Shown: piece after piece, positions 37,604-48,659 of the stretch
How the letters are laid out: each line of letters opens with the position of its first letter
Position numbering within the stretch: the first letter of the stretch is position 1
Translations under genes and position numbers: made by a program
The notes under the pieces: model-generated
Databases searched by the model: none
What the model saw: the letters and a program-made list of their open reading frames with translations, nothing else
What the model was told of the DNA's origin: nothing
Assembly: GCA_964658305.1 (NCBI GenBank)
Contig: OZ210885.1
Location: 17,856,001-17,920,000, forward strand
DNA: 64,000 nt
Reading direction: 5' to 3'
DNA from: Leptogorgia sarmentosa
Lineage: Eukaryota

Positions 37604-39400
37604 CATCAGACCCATTTATTCTCGAAATTGTTACTGGTTTAAAAATTCCTTTTCGTTCGGTGCCGGTTCAAACGACACCTCAAATTTCTCAACCGCGTTG
37701 AGATTCACAGACATTAATGGATCAGGAAATCTCGAAACTGTTAGCAAAAGGGGCAATTTGCGCAGTCCCCTTCACGATGCAGGCCTTTTACAGTCGCATA
37801 TTTCTTGTCCCGAAGAAGGACGGCGACATGAGACCGGTCATAGACCTCAGCTCCCTAAACTAGTTCATCGAAACTCATCATTTTCAAATGGAACATCTTT
37901 GCTCCCTAAAAACCCTGCTACAAAAGGGTTACTACATGACAAAATTGGACCTGAAAGACGCATATCTGTCAGTGCCAATTCAAAAAAATCACTCAGAGTC
38001 ACAAAAGTATCTTCGCTTCTGCTGGAAAAGCGAAACATACCAGTTCAAGGCCCTCCCATTCGGCCTGAACATAGCTCCGATGATCTTCACACGTTTAATG
38101 AAACCGGTTGCAGGTTTCCTCAGAAAACGGGGTGTTTGCTTGATCATCTATCTCGACGATATACTGATAATCGGACCATCAGCGCAGGAGGCGACCCGCT
38201 CCACGATCATGGGAATGGCCCTCCTGGAGTCTCTAGGTTTCACACTGAACCGGGCGAAATCCATTCTGACTCCGACTCCAACGATTCAGTTCTTAGGTTT
38301 TTCGATCGATTCGAACACAATGAGGGTCTCCTTACCGTCCGAAAAGATAACCAAACTACACAAACTGTGCCGTCAGCTAGTGTCCACCACAAACCCAAGC
38401 TAAGGAGCATTGCCCAACTCCTGGGGCTATTAGAATCTTACCGCCCGGCAATTTGGAAGGCACCTCTGCACTTCCGCTACCTTCAAGCGCTACTTATTCG
38501 TGGTCTTCTGAACTCCAACCACAATTACGAGGCGGAGGTTTGTCTCTCCAACAAACAGACGTTGGAAATTCAATGGCGGCTGCAAAACATCACCAGTGTC
38601 AACGGCAGCCCAATTGTGACTCCCCCGCCAGACATCACGATATTCTCCGATGCCTCGAAACAGGGCTGGGGGGCGGTCTGCAACAATCACCAAACCAACG
38701 GGAAGTGGTCGGCCACGGAACGATTATTACACATCAATATTCTAGAATTGAAAGCTGCCTTTCTAGGCTTGAAATCCCTCCTACGCAATCACCGCTCCAT
38801 GACAGTGTCATTGAACATGGACAACTCCACTGCAGTGGCATATGTAAACCACAAGGGAGGGACCCATTCAACACTGCTCCTAGAGGTAGCCTTGGAACTG
38901 TGGGATTGGTGCATTCAGCGAGAACTGTATGTCATAGCCCACCACCTCCCAGGGAAGAACAACATACAAGCAGACCTGCAATCCAGGGAGTTCCTGGACA
39001 ACAGCGACTGGATGATAAATCCAACAATCATCCGACTGTTCCTGACGGGCTGTCGAACCGACCTCTTTGCCTCCCGCCTGACACGCCAACTACCGAACTT
39101 TATCAGTTGGAGGCCAGACCCAGAAGCCCAATACGCCGCGATGCTTTCACGGTGAACTGGTCGGGTCTTGCAGGATATGCCTTCCCACCATTCAACCTGG
39201 TGCCCTTTGCTCTGAAAAAGGTCCAGTCCGACCGGACAGAAATAGTCCTAGTAGCTCTGGTTTGGCAAGCTCAACCCTGGTGGCCGCTGCTACTCAGCCT
39301 ACTCGTACAACAGCCGTTCCTACTACCGAACAACAAAGACCTGCTACAGGATCCGGCAGGACTCATCCAATGTACCCACGCCTGCATCTGGGCGTATTCC
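37600..39400 (+). pseudogene. DIRS reverse transcriptase / RNase H / methyltransferase-like ORF
   Basis: YSRIFLVPKKDG..RPVIDL, KLDLKDAYLSVP, YQFKALPFGL, YLDD, FSDASKQGWG, HINILEL, MDNSTAVAY, DLFASR, YAFPPF, WQAQPWWP. Several frameshifts and stops. Confidence 0.92.
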
Positions 39401-40366
39401 GCATCTCGAACGACGATACCAGGCAGAAGGCCTTCCTTCACACATTACCAACTTACTCATCTCAGCAGCTCGTAGTTCCACACGCAAAACCTACGAATCT
39501 AGCTGGCAGCGTTGGAGCCGCTGGTGTTCTACACGACAAATTAATCCGATTTCAGCAACTTTGAGCAATGTTCTCACATTTTTAGCCGACTCTTTCGATT
39601 CCGGTCTGCAATACCGCACTATCAATGTTTTGAGATCCGCCATCTCGTCAACCCACCATCGAATTGAGGGCTACCCAGTGGGACAACATCCATACGTGAT
39701 AAGTTTAATGCGGGGAATACTCAACAATCGTCCACCCAAGCCCAGGTATTCTTACACCTGGGATGTTCATACGGTTACAGGTTATATTAAACAGATGGGA
39801 GAGAACTCCACCCTCAAACTAAACAGCTTTCTACAAAACTGGCACTGCTTTTTGCGATCATGTGTCCAAAGAGAGTATCCTCTTTGGCAAATCTAGATCT
39901 TACTCATCACAGACTTTCCCCAGAAGGCCTCACTTTTACCTTATTCACCTCTAAGACAACTCGTCCAGGGGAACCAGTCACGGCGTTCTATACACAATTT
40001 CCAGACGACAAAAGGCTTTGTCCAGTAGCATGCTTTGAGGAATACATCTCGGTTACGGCGAAATATAGGAACAGTACGATAAGCCAGCCTAACAAATTGT
40101 TCCTCTCGTTCATCAAACCTCATAAGCCGGTCACCTCCGCCACTATAGCGCGTTGGATACGTTCATTGCTGGGTGACTCGGGTATCGACACAGAGATCTT
40201 CGAGGCACATTCAGTAAGAGGTGCGACAACGTCAGCCGCAGCTAACGGAGCTGTCCCACTAGAAGACATTTTGAAGATGGCAAACTGGTCTAAAGAATCG
40301 ACTTTCAGACAATTTTATTATAAACCAGTAGTCACGACAAACTTTGGTCGCGCAGTATTAACATAA
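39400..40366 (+). pseudogene. DIRS tyrosine recombinase
   Basis: YRTINVLRSAISS.H, RPPKPRY..TWDV, KRVSSL, LCPV, TIARWI, AHSVRGA, ANWS.ESTF.QFY. One frameshift near 39825. Confidence 0.9.
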
Positions 40367-40455
40367 GTCACCAGACATGATTCGTTTTGATTGTTGAAAT
40401 AAATAAATCAGTTCATATTGGTAGATGCGATTACGCAATTATAGTGTTAAACTCT

Positions 40456-40840
40456 ACCACTTGTATTCTCATATATTTCGACCGGAGTTCCTGAAATATA
40501 ATTCGAATTATACTAGGGCTGTCTTACAGCCTGCAAGTATAATTTAGGTTATATGAGGGAACGAAGAGAGAAATATATGACACCCTTCCCTATACCCACC
40601 CAAAACGTTCATCTCAGGGTTAAACAAGCCACAGGTGAATTATGGGATGGGTCAGTTCAGGGGGGAGTGAGTAGTTTTTTTTCAGGGGGTTAAGGTGTTA
40701 AAATGTGATGTGAAGCACGGATTGGTAAGGTCATACCACTTGTATTCTCATATATTTCTCCCTTCGTTCCCTCATATAACCTAAATTATACTTGCAGGCT
40801 GTAAGACAGCCCTAGTATAATTCGAATTATATTCAGGAAA
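40456..40840. repeat. DIRS internal complementary region and 3' terminal repeat
   Basis: ~40490-40580 is the reverse complement of ~40752-40840. ACCACTTGTATTCTCATATATTTC is directly repeated at 40456 and 40735. Confidence 0.85.
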
Positions 40841-41670
40841 TTTCACGAAATTTCAAGCAGACAACAAGAAATTTCGTAATTCAATTGTGGAAACACTGAT
40901 TTATTCAGACAGCGGTTAGCGAGGGAATTCGTATGCAGAATGCCAACAGCGTGTCGCGACATGTATTCCAGACACATGTGCATGTTATTAAAAAGGGAAC
41001 TTGTATACACATATAAAAAAGGTATAATTTTCAGTGAAAGACTGTGTGTGTGTGTGACTTAAAAGGATGTGTGACAGTAGAATAAATGTCAAATATTGAG
41101 GCGAACATGTATTGTCACAATCAGTAACCTTGACCCGAACCACTGTTCTGACCCTGACCTATTTCGATATTAAATATATCTGCCCATATATTGCAAAAGG
41201 GCCAAAGTTTTATTTTCAAACATTTAAAATATGAACTCTTATTTTTAAACATCTATATTCAAGCTTATATGAATATTTTTTATTTAATGTAGCGCGACAA
41301 AGCTAACAATGTGTGTTGTAATAATGGTGTAGCGTTACAAAGCTAACAAAAACATGTGTACTTATATGTAGCGATACAGGGCTACGAACGTCACAGAGGG
41401 AGTGATTATTTTAAACCTGTATATTTAAACTTTTTTATTCAAGCTCTTAATTTTAAACTCTTATATTCGAACTCTTATTTTTAAACTCTTATATTCGAGC
41501 TTTTATTTTTAAACATTTACATGCAAAAATAGGACTGTGTAAAATGTTTTGTTATTGAGCACTACCGCACTTTTATTTGAGCATATGAGCATGTGCTTAG
41601 GAGCAGTTACTCTTTTTATCGTATGAGCATGTGCTCACAAATCAACCTGCGAATAGGTTTCGTAAAAATA

Positions 41671-41758
41671 TCCTTCGAGCTGGGTTCGAACCAACGACCT
41701 AGGGATTACAATTGAATACATCTACAGTCCCTCGCTCTACCAATTGAGCTACCGAAGG
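41671..41758 (-). tRNA. trnY: tRNA-Tyr(GTA) with 15-nt intron
   Basis: CCTTCGGTAGCTCAATTGGTAGAGCGAGGGACT-GTA-G[ATGTATTCAATTGTA]ATCCCTAGGTCGTTGGTTCGAACCCAGCTCGAAGGA. All stems pair, the intron is at canonical 37/38, and a T-run lies downstream. Confidence 0.93.
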
Positions 41759-41812
41759 ATCAGATGATAAGTTATGAACTTCATTGCCTATTATAATACC
41801 CACATTATTGAA

Positions 41813-41900
41813 TGCCGTGAGCAGGAATCGAGCCTGGGTTATTGCGGCAATAAATCACAACTAGTAATTTACTAACGTATTACTCACTAAAGCCACCATG
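41813..41900 (-). pseudogene. Degenerate tRNA-His-like sequence
   Basis: The 3' half GCCGCAATAACCCAGGCTCGATTCCTGCTCACGGCA resembles metazoan tRNA-His. The 5' half and anticodon are degraded. Confidence 0.45.
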
Positions 41901-42388
41901 AATAGGGCCTTATGAGCATTGTCACAAGTGCTCAAAACCTTGACCCGAACCACTGTTCTGACCCTGACCTATTTCGATATTAAATATATCTGCCCATATA
42001 TTGCAAAAGGGCCAAATTTTTATTTTCAAACATTTAAAATATGAACTCTTATTTTTAAACTTTTATATTCAGGCTTTTATTTTTAAATATTCAGGCTTTT
42101 ATTTTAAATGTGCGTAAGGATGTGGCACGACAAAGCTAACAATGCGTGTTGTAATAATGGTGTAGCGTTACAAAGCTAACAACTTGTAAACATGTGTACT
42201 TAATATGCTACGAACGTCACAGAGGGAGTGATTATTTTAAACTTGTATATTTAAACTATTTTTATTCAAGCTCTTATTTTTAAACTCTTATTTTTAAACA
42301 TTTATATTCAAGCTTTTATTTTAAATGTGCGCGACAAAGCTAACAATTTGTGCGTAAGGATGTAGCGATTAATGAGACAATGATGAGG

Positions 42389-42396
42389 TATAAAAG
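42389..42396 (+). promoter_or_regulatory. TATA box upstream of the GRF zinc-finger ORF
   Basis: TATAAAAG, 50 bp before the ATG at 42439. Confidence 0.45.
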
Positions 42397-42438
42397 AAGT
42401 GATATGCTGTTCATTCTCATACGCCATACGCTATAGAG

Positions 42439-42945
42439 ATGGAGTGTCTACATGGAAAACCAGCATCACGTTCAACTACAAAGAAAGGATCCTTTTGGTT
42501 TTGTGGACAAAACCCTGGCTGTGGTTTTATCTGTGTTGAGGACGAAGGCTTTTTATTTCAAAAAGCCATCGCAACGTGGAGAAGCACTAATTTGGAACAG
42601 CCTATATGCGAGACTCATCGAAAACCTGCAAAGTTTCGCGTGGTTAAGGACATGTTGAAAGAGAGCTTTAGCAGACCGTATTTCACATGCGCAATGCGCG
42701 ACGATCCGTGCTCCCTATGGATATGGGCTGACGAGAACCATGTTGAGAAGCCGAATTGTTATCACGGACAGCCGTGCGCCATGAGAAAAGTGAAAAAGCA
42801 AGGTCCTAACACAGGGCGAAGGTTCTTTCGCTGTTCCAATGAAACATCGTGTGGTTATTTTGAATGGATACCTGAAGAATCGTTGAAACCGCATAGCGTT
42901 GAAGAACCTTTTATACCGTCGTTCTACAACCCTTGTCAAAATTGA
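42439..42945 (+). CDS. Triple GRF-type zinc-finger protein
   Basis: Three C-x-H...F-x-C...C repeats; the third is canonical (CYHGQPC...VKKQGPNTGRRFFRC.....CGYFEW). Intronless, 168 aa. Confidence 0.85.
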   Translation: MECLHGKPASRSTTKKGSFWFCGQNPGCGFICVEDEGFLFQKAIATWRSTNLEQPICETHRKPAKFRVVKDMLKESFSRPYFTCAMRDDPCSLWIWADENHVEKPNCYHGQPCAMRKVKKQGPNTGRRFFRCSNETSCGYFEWIPEESLKPHSVEEPFIPSFYNPCQN

Positions 42946-43565
42946 AACATTTATAGAACATTATGTAGCTAGTTAATTTGGAACCGTTTAAACGCATAGA
43001 GTACAGCTGATTTTGTAATGTTCTAAGTACATAGTAAAACGTATTTGCAAATGGTTTTAAATATATATTTGAAATGCTTCACGATATCATGCTCATTTGA
43101 TTTTGTCCTTGGGAAAGATGGATTTAATTTTAGACAAACTGCAGAACAACAATGTAGAAATTGACATAAAAACCTTATCATATTATATCAAATATTTGAT
43201 TGAACAACACGAAGGGGCGTATGGGAACATGGTGCGGCAAGTAAATCGTGAAAATATTTCGGAGGTTTTTTATCAGATAAAAGTCGTTAATTTTGGTCGT
43301 GGTATGAGCCTAAGGCTTACTTGTCCTTAATTTATTTGATGAACGCATCCGAGGAGGTGACTCGAGAAGCTGTTCGTTTAGTGGTCCCACCTATGAAGAG
43401 TTTTGACTTTTCGGCTTACAAGATTGAGGATGATTTGTTTTCCAGACTGAGATCCTTTATTGGACGTATTTTTAATTAAATAGATAAAATTCCATGTAAA
43501 TTTTTTCAATAAAGTGTTATAAGAGTGTACGTGTGTGTGAATTTAGATCCATTTTATTATCTGCA

Positions 43566-43634
43566 ATGATGGACGTACGATTTAAAACGCCTGCTAACTT
43601 TTATATTTGCGGTCAAAGTCAAAGTGGAAAATCG
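43566..43634 (+). pseudogene. Polinton/Maverick packaging ATPase, N-terminal piece (Walker A)
   Basis: MMDVRFKTPANFYICGQSQSGKS, cut immediately after GKS by the element starting at 43635. Continues in frame at 62000. Confidence 0.9.
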
Positions 43635-44216
43635 TACCAAGCCCCATAAGGGCCATGAAAATTCTTACTTTTTTCAATGCCGATTTTTTTCCAATTCCGA
43701 CTTTTTTTTGAAATTTCGACTTTTTTGGAAACTCCGACTTTTTTAAACATTTTCCAAATTTCAAAAATATATCCCGACTTTTTCAAAATTCCGACCCGAC
43801 TTTTTTAAAAAATATCCCGACTTTCTTAATATTCCGACTTTTTTCAAATATATTCCGACAATTTTCTTGAACCAGTGTCAAAGATGGACGGCGGGGCGAA
43901 AGCAACAGAAGCTGAACAGGTAAATATAATATATTGCGCCTATTTGAATTGTTTATATACGTATGTTTATATATTGTTTATATGTTCTGACTGTAAGATG
44001 AATTTATTGTAATTAGAATTCCAATAGAGTGAATAGACGTGTTGAAACAAAGGAGCATTTCGAATAAATCAATTCAAAACATTCGGAGTACTGTATATAT
44101 ACTGTTGCACATGTTGTAATAAGCTCATATCGTTTAGTGTTTACATAATTTTTTGTTGCTTTGTTGTAAGTTGCAACTTACATAAGACGCAAGTTCTACC
44201 ATTTTGGTCTATTTAT

Positions 44217-44397
44217 ACCATAGGCAGCCCAGTGATCTGGGGTTTTATTTATGTTAACTGAGGTTGAATAGGGCTATTTCGTCATCCTTAGTTGTTTATA
44301 TGCGTGCGCCGACAATACGGTCACTCGCGTATGTAATTAATAGTATAATAATTGTCAATTATATAAATAAAACCCCAGATCACTGGGCTGCTATGGT
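44217..44397. mobile_element. MITE in intron 1 of the HECT gene
   Basis: ~34-bp TIR ACCATAG(G)CAGCCCAGTGATCTGGGGTTTTATTTA / TAAATAAAACCCCAGATCACTGGGCTGCTATGGT. Confidence 0.8.
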
Positions 44398-44782
44398 CCG
44401 ACACCGGACCTTATTCTTCTACGGTTATAGGTCCGACAACCTTAAGTTAACCTTAAACCTAACTCTAACATTTAAAAAATAACTCCAACCCCGACCATAA
44501 GGCTGACCCTAACCTTAGAAGGTGGAAATGTTTGAAATTTGAGAAGGAAAAAAACAAAAAAAATAGAAATTGTACTAGAAATAAAATAAAGACTGCACAC
44601 GGGACTCTAACTCGCGACCCACGCTTGCGAGTAAGTTGTGACACAACCACGCGTCAGGGGGCGCTTTATCCACTACGCTGCCGAGGACCAACTTCTAAAT
44701 CATCAAAATTCATTGTATATATAGCAAACAGTTGAAATATAGACAAAAATAATTTATTTTGTCGGACGAATAACCACTTCCT
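44394..44782 (-). mobile_element. Possible non-autonomous Helentron (DINE-like) with an internal tRNA-derived segment
   Basis: Terminal hairpin GGTCCGacacCGGACC, subterminal inverted repeats GGTTATAGGTCCGACAA / TTGTCGGACGAATAACC, TAACC(C/T) microrepeats, and A/B-box-like motifs at ~44600-44686. Confidence 0.45.
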
Positions 44783-47700
44783 AAAATTAAAATGCATTTT
44801 GAAAATTACATCGCCAGTAGTTGTCAGTGGTAGACTTATAATGCTGTTATGCTGTACATACTGTAGGAGCCACTACAACATTCGCATCTGTGCATCATGC
44901 ATGTTGTGTCAGATATCTCCCCATTTGGCCGGAATTTGTATGTCTGATCGATACAGCACCTGCAGCTGCTCATGTTGTAAATATTACATAAGAATGACAT
45001 AAAACATGGCAAGTGATCATGATGCAGATAGTTCTTGTTTAGTATTAACTGCCTTGTTACAATAATTTGACTTCCAGTATAGTAGTGTATTGGTATTAAT
45101 ATATATGTAATAATTTAATTTTAAAACATATAGGTGAAAAATTTCCTTCTCTCAATCGGTGTAGCAGAGGATGTTGCTCAAAAGTTTGAGGATGAAAAGG
45201 TGTGAATATGTCAAATCAATTTTCTATTATGTCTCCAGATATAGTTTTCACGATGTTAAAATTTTATTGAGGGTCCTTTTACCCCATGAGGGTGAAATAA
45301 TTCTTGTTAGTTTTATTTAAGATCCAATTTGAGTTTTCCCATTCAGATAATCCCCATTGTTATATAACTATTTGGGTCTGCTGGATTTTTTGTTCATGTA
45401 CCTATTATATTGACATAAAAAATTGGTAGTGAAGTATAAGCCTTAGCAAAGTAGAATGAGTGCTTTAAGACTAGTGTAAAATTTAGCAAAGCACCAGTGA
45501 CATTTTCTTGTAGTAAAGTAGTAAAGTGTTTTAGTTACAGAAATAAATTATTTCAATTTTAGATGACGTATAGTGCTGTAATGAAAGCAACAGATGAACA
45601 ACTAAGTAAATCTCTTTGTCTGACAAGACTTGGTGACCGTTTATCCTTGCGATCATTCTGTGAGAATCACTCTGAAAAAGCGTCTGGATGTTCAAACAAC
45701 GACAGTGAATTACGCAAGAAAAGACTGACAGAAGAACTAGCGAAAAAACGAAATAAAAAGAAACATACTGTACAGTCAGTTCAAAAAGGACAAAGCGTCT
45801 CAACAAAGAGTACAAGAAAAGTTGAACTTGAGTCCAAAGCAAGGTAAACGTTTCAAATTAATTAGAATGAAAGAAGGTGGTGGAACACGTATTGTAGATA
45901 TTGAGAAAACTGCAAACAAAGAGGAAATTATCAAAATTGCTAAAGGATTGTTCTTTCCTGATGGAAAATCAAGTTTTGGAAATGTTAGCGAAATGAAACT
46001 TGACTTGTTTAACTTCAAGAAAGAGAAGGTCTGCTCAATGCCTATGGAGGGTGAAAATGTTCCATTTACCTTGGGATTATACATTGATCATTTCAAATTA
46101 TCAAAGGTGAGGCTGTATCTGTCAACAATGCAAGAAGAAAACAACACTGACAGTGATCATGATTCTGATCATGACTCTGAATTCTCCGACAGTGTTTTTG
46201 AGCAGTCCCCCTTTGATGATCTTATGGTCCAACCACCTGAATTTGCACATACAATAACAGATCCACAGTCATCAAAAAGTAATACCCAGGACATTTTAAT
46301 TGGAACATCCAAGGAACGAGAAAAACTTAAAACCTTGATTGAGAAAGCATATGAAGAGTCCTTGCTAGCTGATCAAGCAAGATCTTCTGAAATGCCAGAT
46401 AACCTAGATGGTGTGTGTGAGCAGGTTGATGATTCTGCAGATGAATTAAGAAATACCGGAGCTGGACGGTTGCCAGAGGAACTGAATGTTTATGATCCCC
46501 ACTACATTGTGTCAGTAAGGCATCTTTCTCTTGGTGTGGTTACATGTTTATTTGCGTTAACAGATCTTATGTTTTCCGTCTATGACTGGGTAGGGTCGTT
46601 ACATAGCTCGCCAAAGTATTTTCAGCTATTCAAGTATTCAGGGGGCTGTGTATCCCCGCAAGAAAGCATTAGCTGCGCTGACAAATGTATGTTAACGATG
46701 GTAGAGTGTGACCATCCAGTGGTGTTTTCGTCTGATGAGGAAGATGTGATTCCCAAAGGCTTCGGACCATTATTGAGTAGTAGTTTCATTGATAATGCCA
46801 TAAGTATGGATCCAATTTCAACAGAATGCCCAGCAGTGATTATGGTGGATGATGATAAAGATGAAATGAAGAGTAATGGAAACAGTACTGAGTAAGTATA
46901 ATGCTATGATTGGCCAAGTTTCGAACAGATACTGTACGCCTTGAGCCGTATGTTTTCACGCCAAAACATTACCATACTGATAATATAATCACAATTTGTT
47001 TGAGCAGAATTGGTACAAAGTGAAGTAATTTGTTTTTACAATAGATATACGCTTGCTTTTGAATCATTTGTTATATGTTTCGCATTTATTAATGCAATAA
47101 GATACGTGTGTACATTCCAAACACCTACTATCCAAATACGCCCAAAACACTCGTTCAGACAAAGAAGCATTTCCAATTTGTATGTTAACTAAGGTAGGAG
47201 ACCCAGTGCTTTCCCTTAAGTAGATTGCAAAAATGCCAAATGTTGATTTTGATCCAATATTCTGAATTTTTTATATATTACAGGGAAGCTACCTCGTTGA
47301 AAGTAATTGGTTTAAGATACAAGCGACAGCAAGCTCTTGAAATACTGGAAAGAATGCCGACTATCACGATTGAAAGAAACACCATTGTTCCTACGTTACT
47401 TGAGCTTTACAAGACAAACTCGCTTTCGCTGAAGTTTGTCAATTTCATCATCAAGAATGAATTAGCTCAGGACTTAGATGGTGTAAAGCGTGAAATATAC
47501 TCCATCTTCTGGGATGAAATTACAAGTCTGTATTTTGAGGGAGGAAAGAGTGTGGTACTGCGGGTTGGTCCTGATGTCACCGATGAACTATGCACTATCC
47601 TTGGGAGAGCTATCATCCACACCTTTCTTATTACTGGTATATGGCCAATACAGATTTCTAAATTGTTTTCCATTGCGATATTGGTTGGCGAAGAATCACT

Positions 47701-48659
47701 AACTAATGACAATTTGCTTGATGCATTTCTCGAATACGTTCTTGAGTACGAGGCAATAATACTTCAGAAAGCTTTAACTGAAGCGGAAAGCGGTTCAATA
47801 ACATTGCCAACTCAGCAGCAAGTTTTGGATGTACTTGCTCCGTTTGGTTTGAGATCTTTGCCTACACACACCAACATCAAATCGTTGTTGGTGAGTACAG
47901 CCAAGTGCGAGCTGGTCCAGAAAGTTAATCGATCTATCAACAAATTTCGAGAAGGTTTGCTCGACATGGCCTTGGGTATTAAATTGTTGCTGATGTTAAG
48001 AAAGAAGATGTTCTTCAACTGTATGACGAACTTTGTCCTTCTCCAGAGAAAGTGCTGTCCTTGATTAGAGCTGATGTCGACGGTATGCTAACTAAGTCGC
48101 AAGAAGAAGTGTATCGCCATTTAAAGCGATATGTCAATGCGGCTGACATACCCACACTGAAACGTTTCATGCGTTTTGTCACCGGTAGTCATTTCTTAGT
48201 AGCCAATGAAATCAAAGTTATTTTTCATTTGAGCATAGGACGCTTGCCATGTTTGGTCGCGCACACGTGTGGATGTACCGTAGATCTACCTGTTGGAAGC
48301 TACACAGGATTTGTTGACTTCAAGTAATCCAACTTCGTTGTGTTTTGTTGGCACAATTCCGTGAGACAGACTCAGGTCAACGCAAGAAAAATGCATGGTT
48401 TCCTGATCGTATGTGAATATCAAAATTGTTATAGAAATTTACAGTATGTATTCCCACTGGGGGCTTTGCTAAACAATGCCTCTAAACAGGAACTAAGCCT
48501 ATTTACATATTCAGAGAGACCAAGCGTGTTCACAGAGTGGAACGACAAGCATAAAAACTCGGAAATAGGCAGTTTTTTCATCACTTTGCCACAAGGACGG
48601 GCGGACGGAGGACGAGGTAACTTTTTTGACTCACAACGTGTTGCAGCCGAGCCTTTGCC

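Larger units (their letters stand above)
36368..40840 (+). mobile_element. DIRS1-type tyrosine-recombinase retrotransposon, 5'-truncated
   Basis: Overlapping gag, RT-RNaseH-MT and YR frames, plus a 3' terminal repeat and an internal complementary region. Confidence 0.92.
41111..42310. repeat. Imperfect ~400-bp direct repeat pair flanking the tRNA genes
   Basis: AACCTTGACCCGAACCACTGTTCTGACCCTGACC... at 41126 and 41936, with shared ACAAAGCTAACAA and TTTTAAACTCTTAT sub-repeats. Confidence 0.85.
43884..48416 (+). pseudogene. SAM-like + UBX-like + HECT E3 ligase, multi-exon, frameshifted
   Basis: Exons 43884-43919, 45134-45199, 45563-~46890, ~47284-48416. SAM-like FEDEK/MT...ATDEQL...LGDRLSL; GGGTR...LFFPDGKS block; AYEESLLADQA + UBX-like VRH.....F...D.M.SVYDWV; HECT ELAQDLDGVKRE, RFVTGS, VAHTCGCTVDLP. 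Frameshifts near 45830, 47980 and 48325. Confidence 0.8.

Noticed and set aside
39060..39300. DNA adenine-methyltransferase-like motifs (DLFAS, FPPF), also at ~53960-54200
   Set aside because: This is a known domain of DIRS-type pol ORFs, not a restriction-modification system.
43051..43420. Small ORF between the GRF gene and the ATPase
   Set aside because: It is frameshifted and has no recognisable motif. It may be a decayed Polinton gene but cannot be assigned.
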